Shown: positions 35,882 to 35,920 of the stretch, piece by piece
Layout of the letters: each line of letters starts with the position of its first letter
Position numbering within the stretch: the stretch's first letter is position 1
Virus record (IMG/VR): IMGVR_UViG_3300026831_000002
Coordinates: 1-35,920 of that record
Reading direction: 5' to 3' (one strand)
Source: a virus
Lineage: Duplodnaviria > Caudoviricetes
DNA length: 35,920 nt
The notes under the pieces: generated by a model
Database searches by the model: none
Seen by the model: the letters and a program-made list of their open reading frames with translations, nothing else
Told to the model about the DNA's origin: nothing
Made by a program: the position numbers and the translations under genes

Positions 35882-35920
35882 CCTCCTTGACAGTGGTTTT
35901 CATGTGTTCAACTAAATTGG

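Overview
This window is most of the genome of a low-GC temperate siphovirus, probably infecting a Clostridia/Lachnospiraceae-type Firmicute (inferred from SD style and gene families). It appears to be the unintegrated form, because an attP-like site with arm repeats on both sides lies next to the integrase. Gene order: partial ParM-like actin gene, cI/cro switch, primase-helicase with iteron origin, terS, serine resolvase, small-ORF cluster with HNH-AP2 and macrodomain genes, terL, late activator, Com-like zinc finger, head genes, a nucleotide-hydrolase insert, neck genes with a Tad2-like gene, tail genes, two receptor-binding proteins, holin and endolysin, morons including a frameshifted TIR plus membrane-protein pair, attP and tyrosine integrase. 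The strongest candidate for an undescribed system is a Com-type translational regulon: a Mu Com-like protein with no mom gene, and four Com-box/RBS-occluding hairpins upstream of terL, the tail tube, tape measure and tail fibre genes. Also notable are a late leader RNA complementary to the cI start region and a strongly enriched YTGACRGC motif. All calls come from reading motifs by eye; no searches were run.
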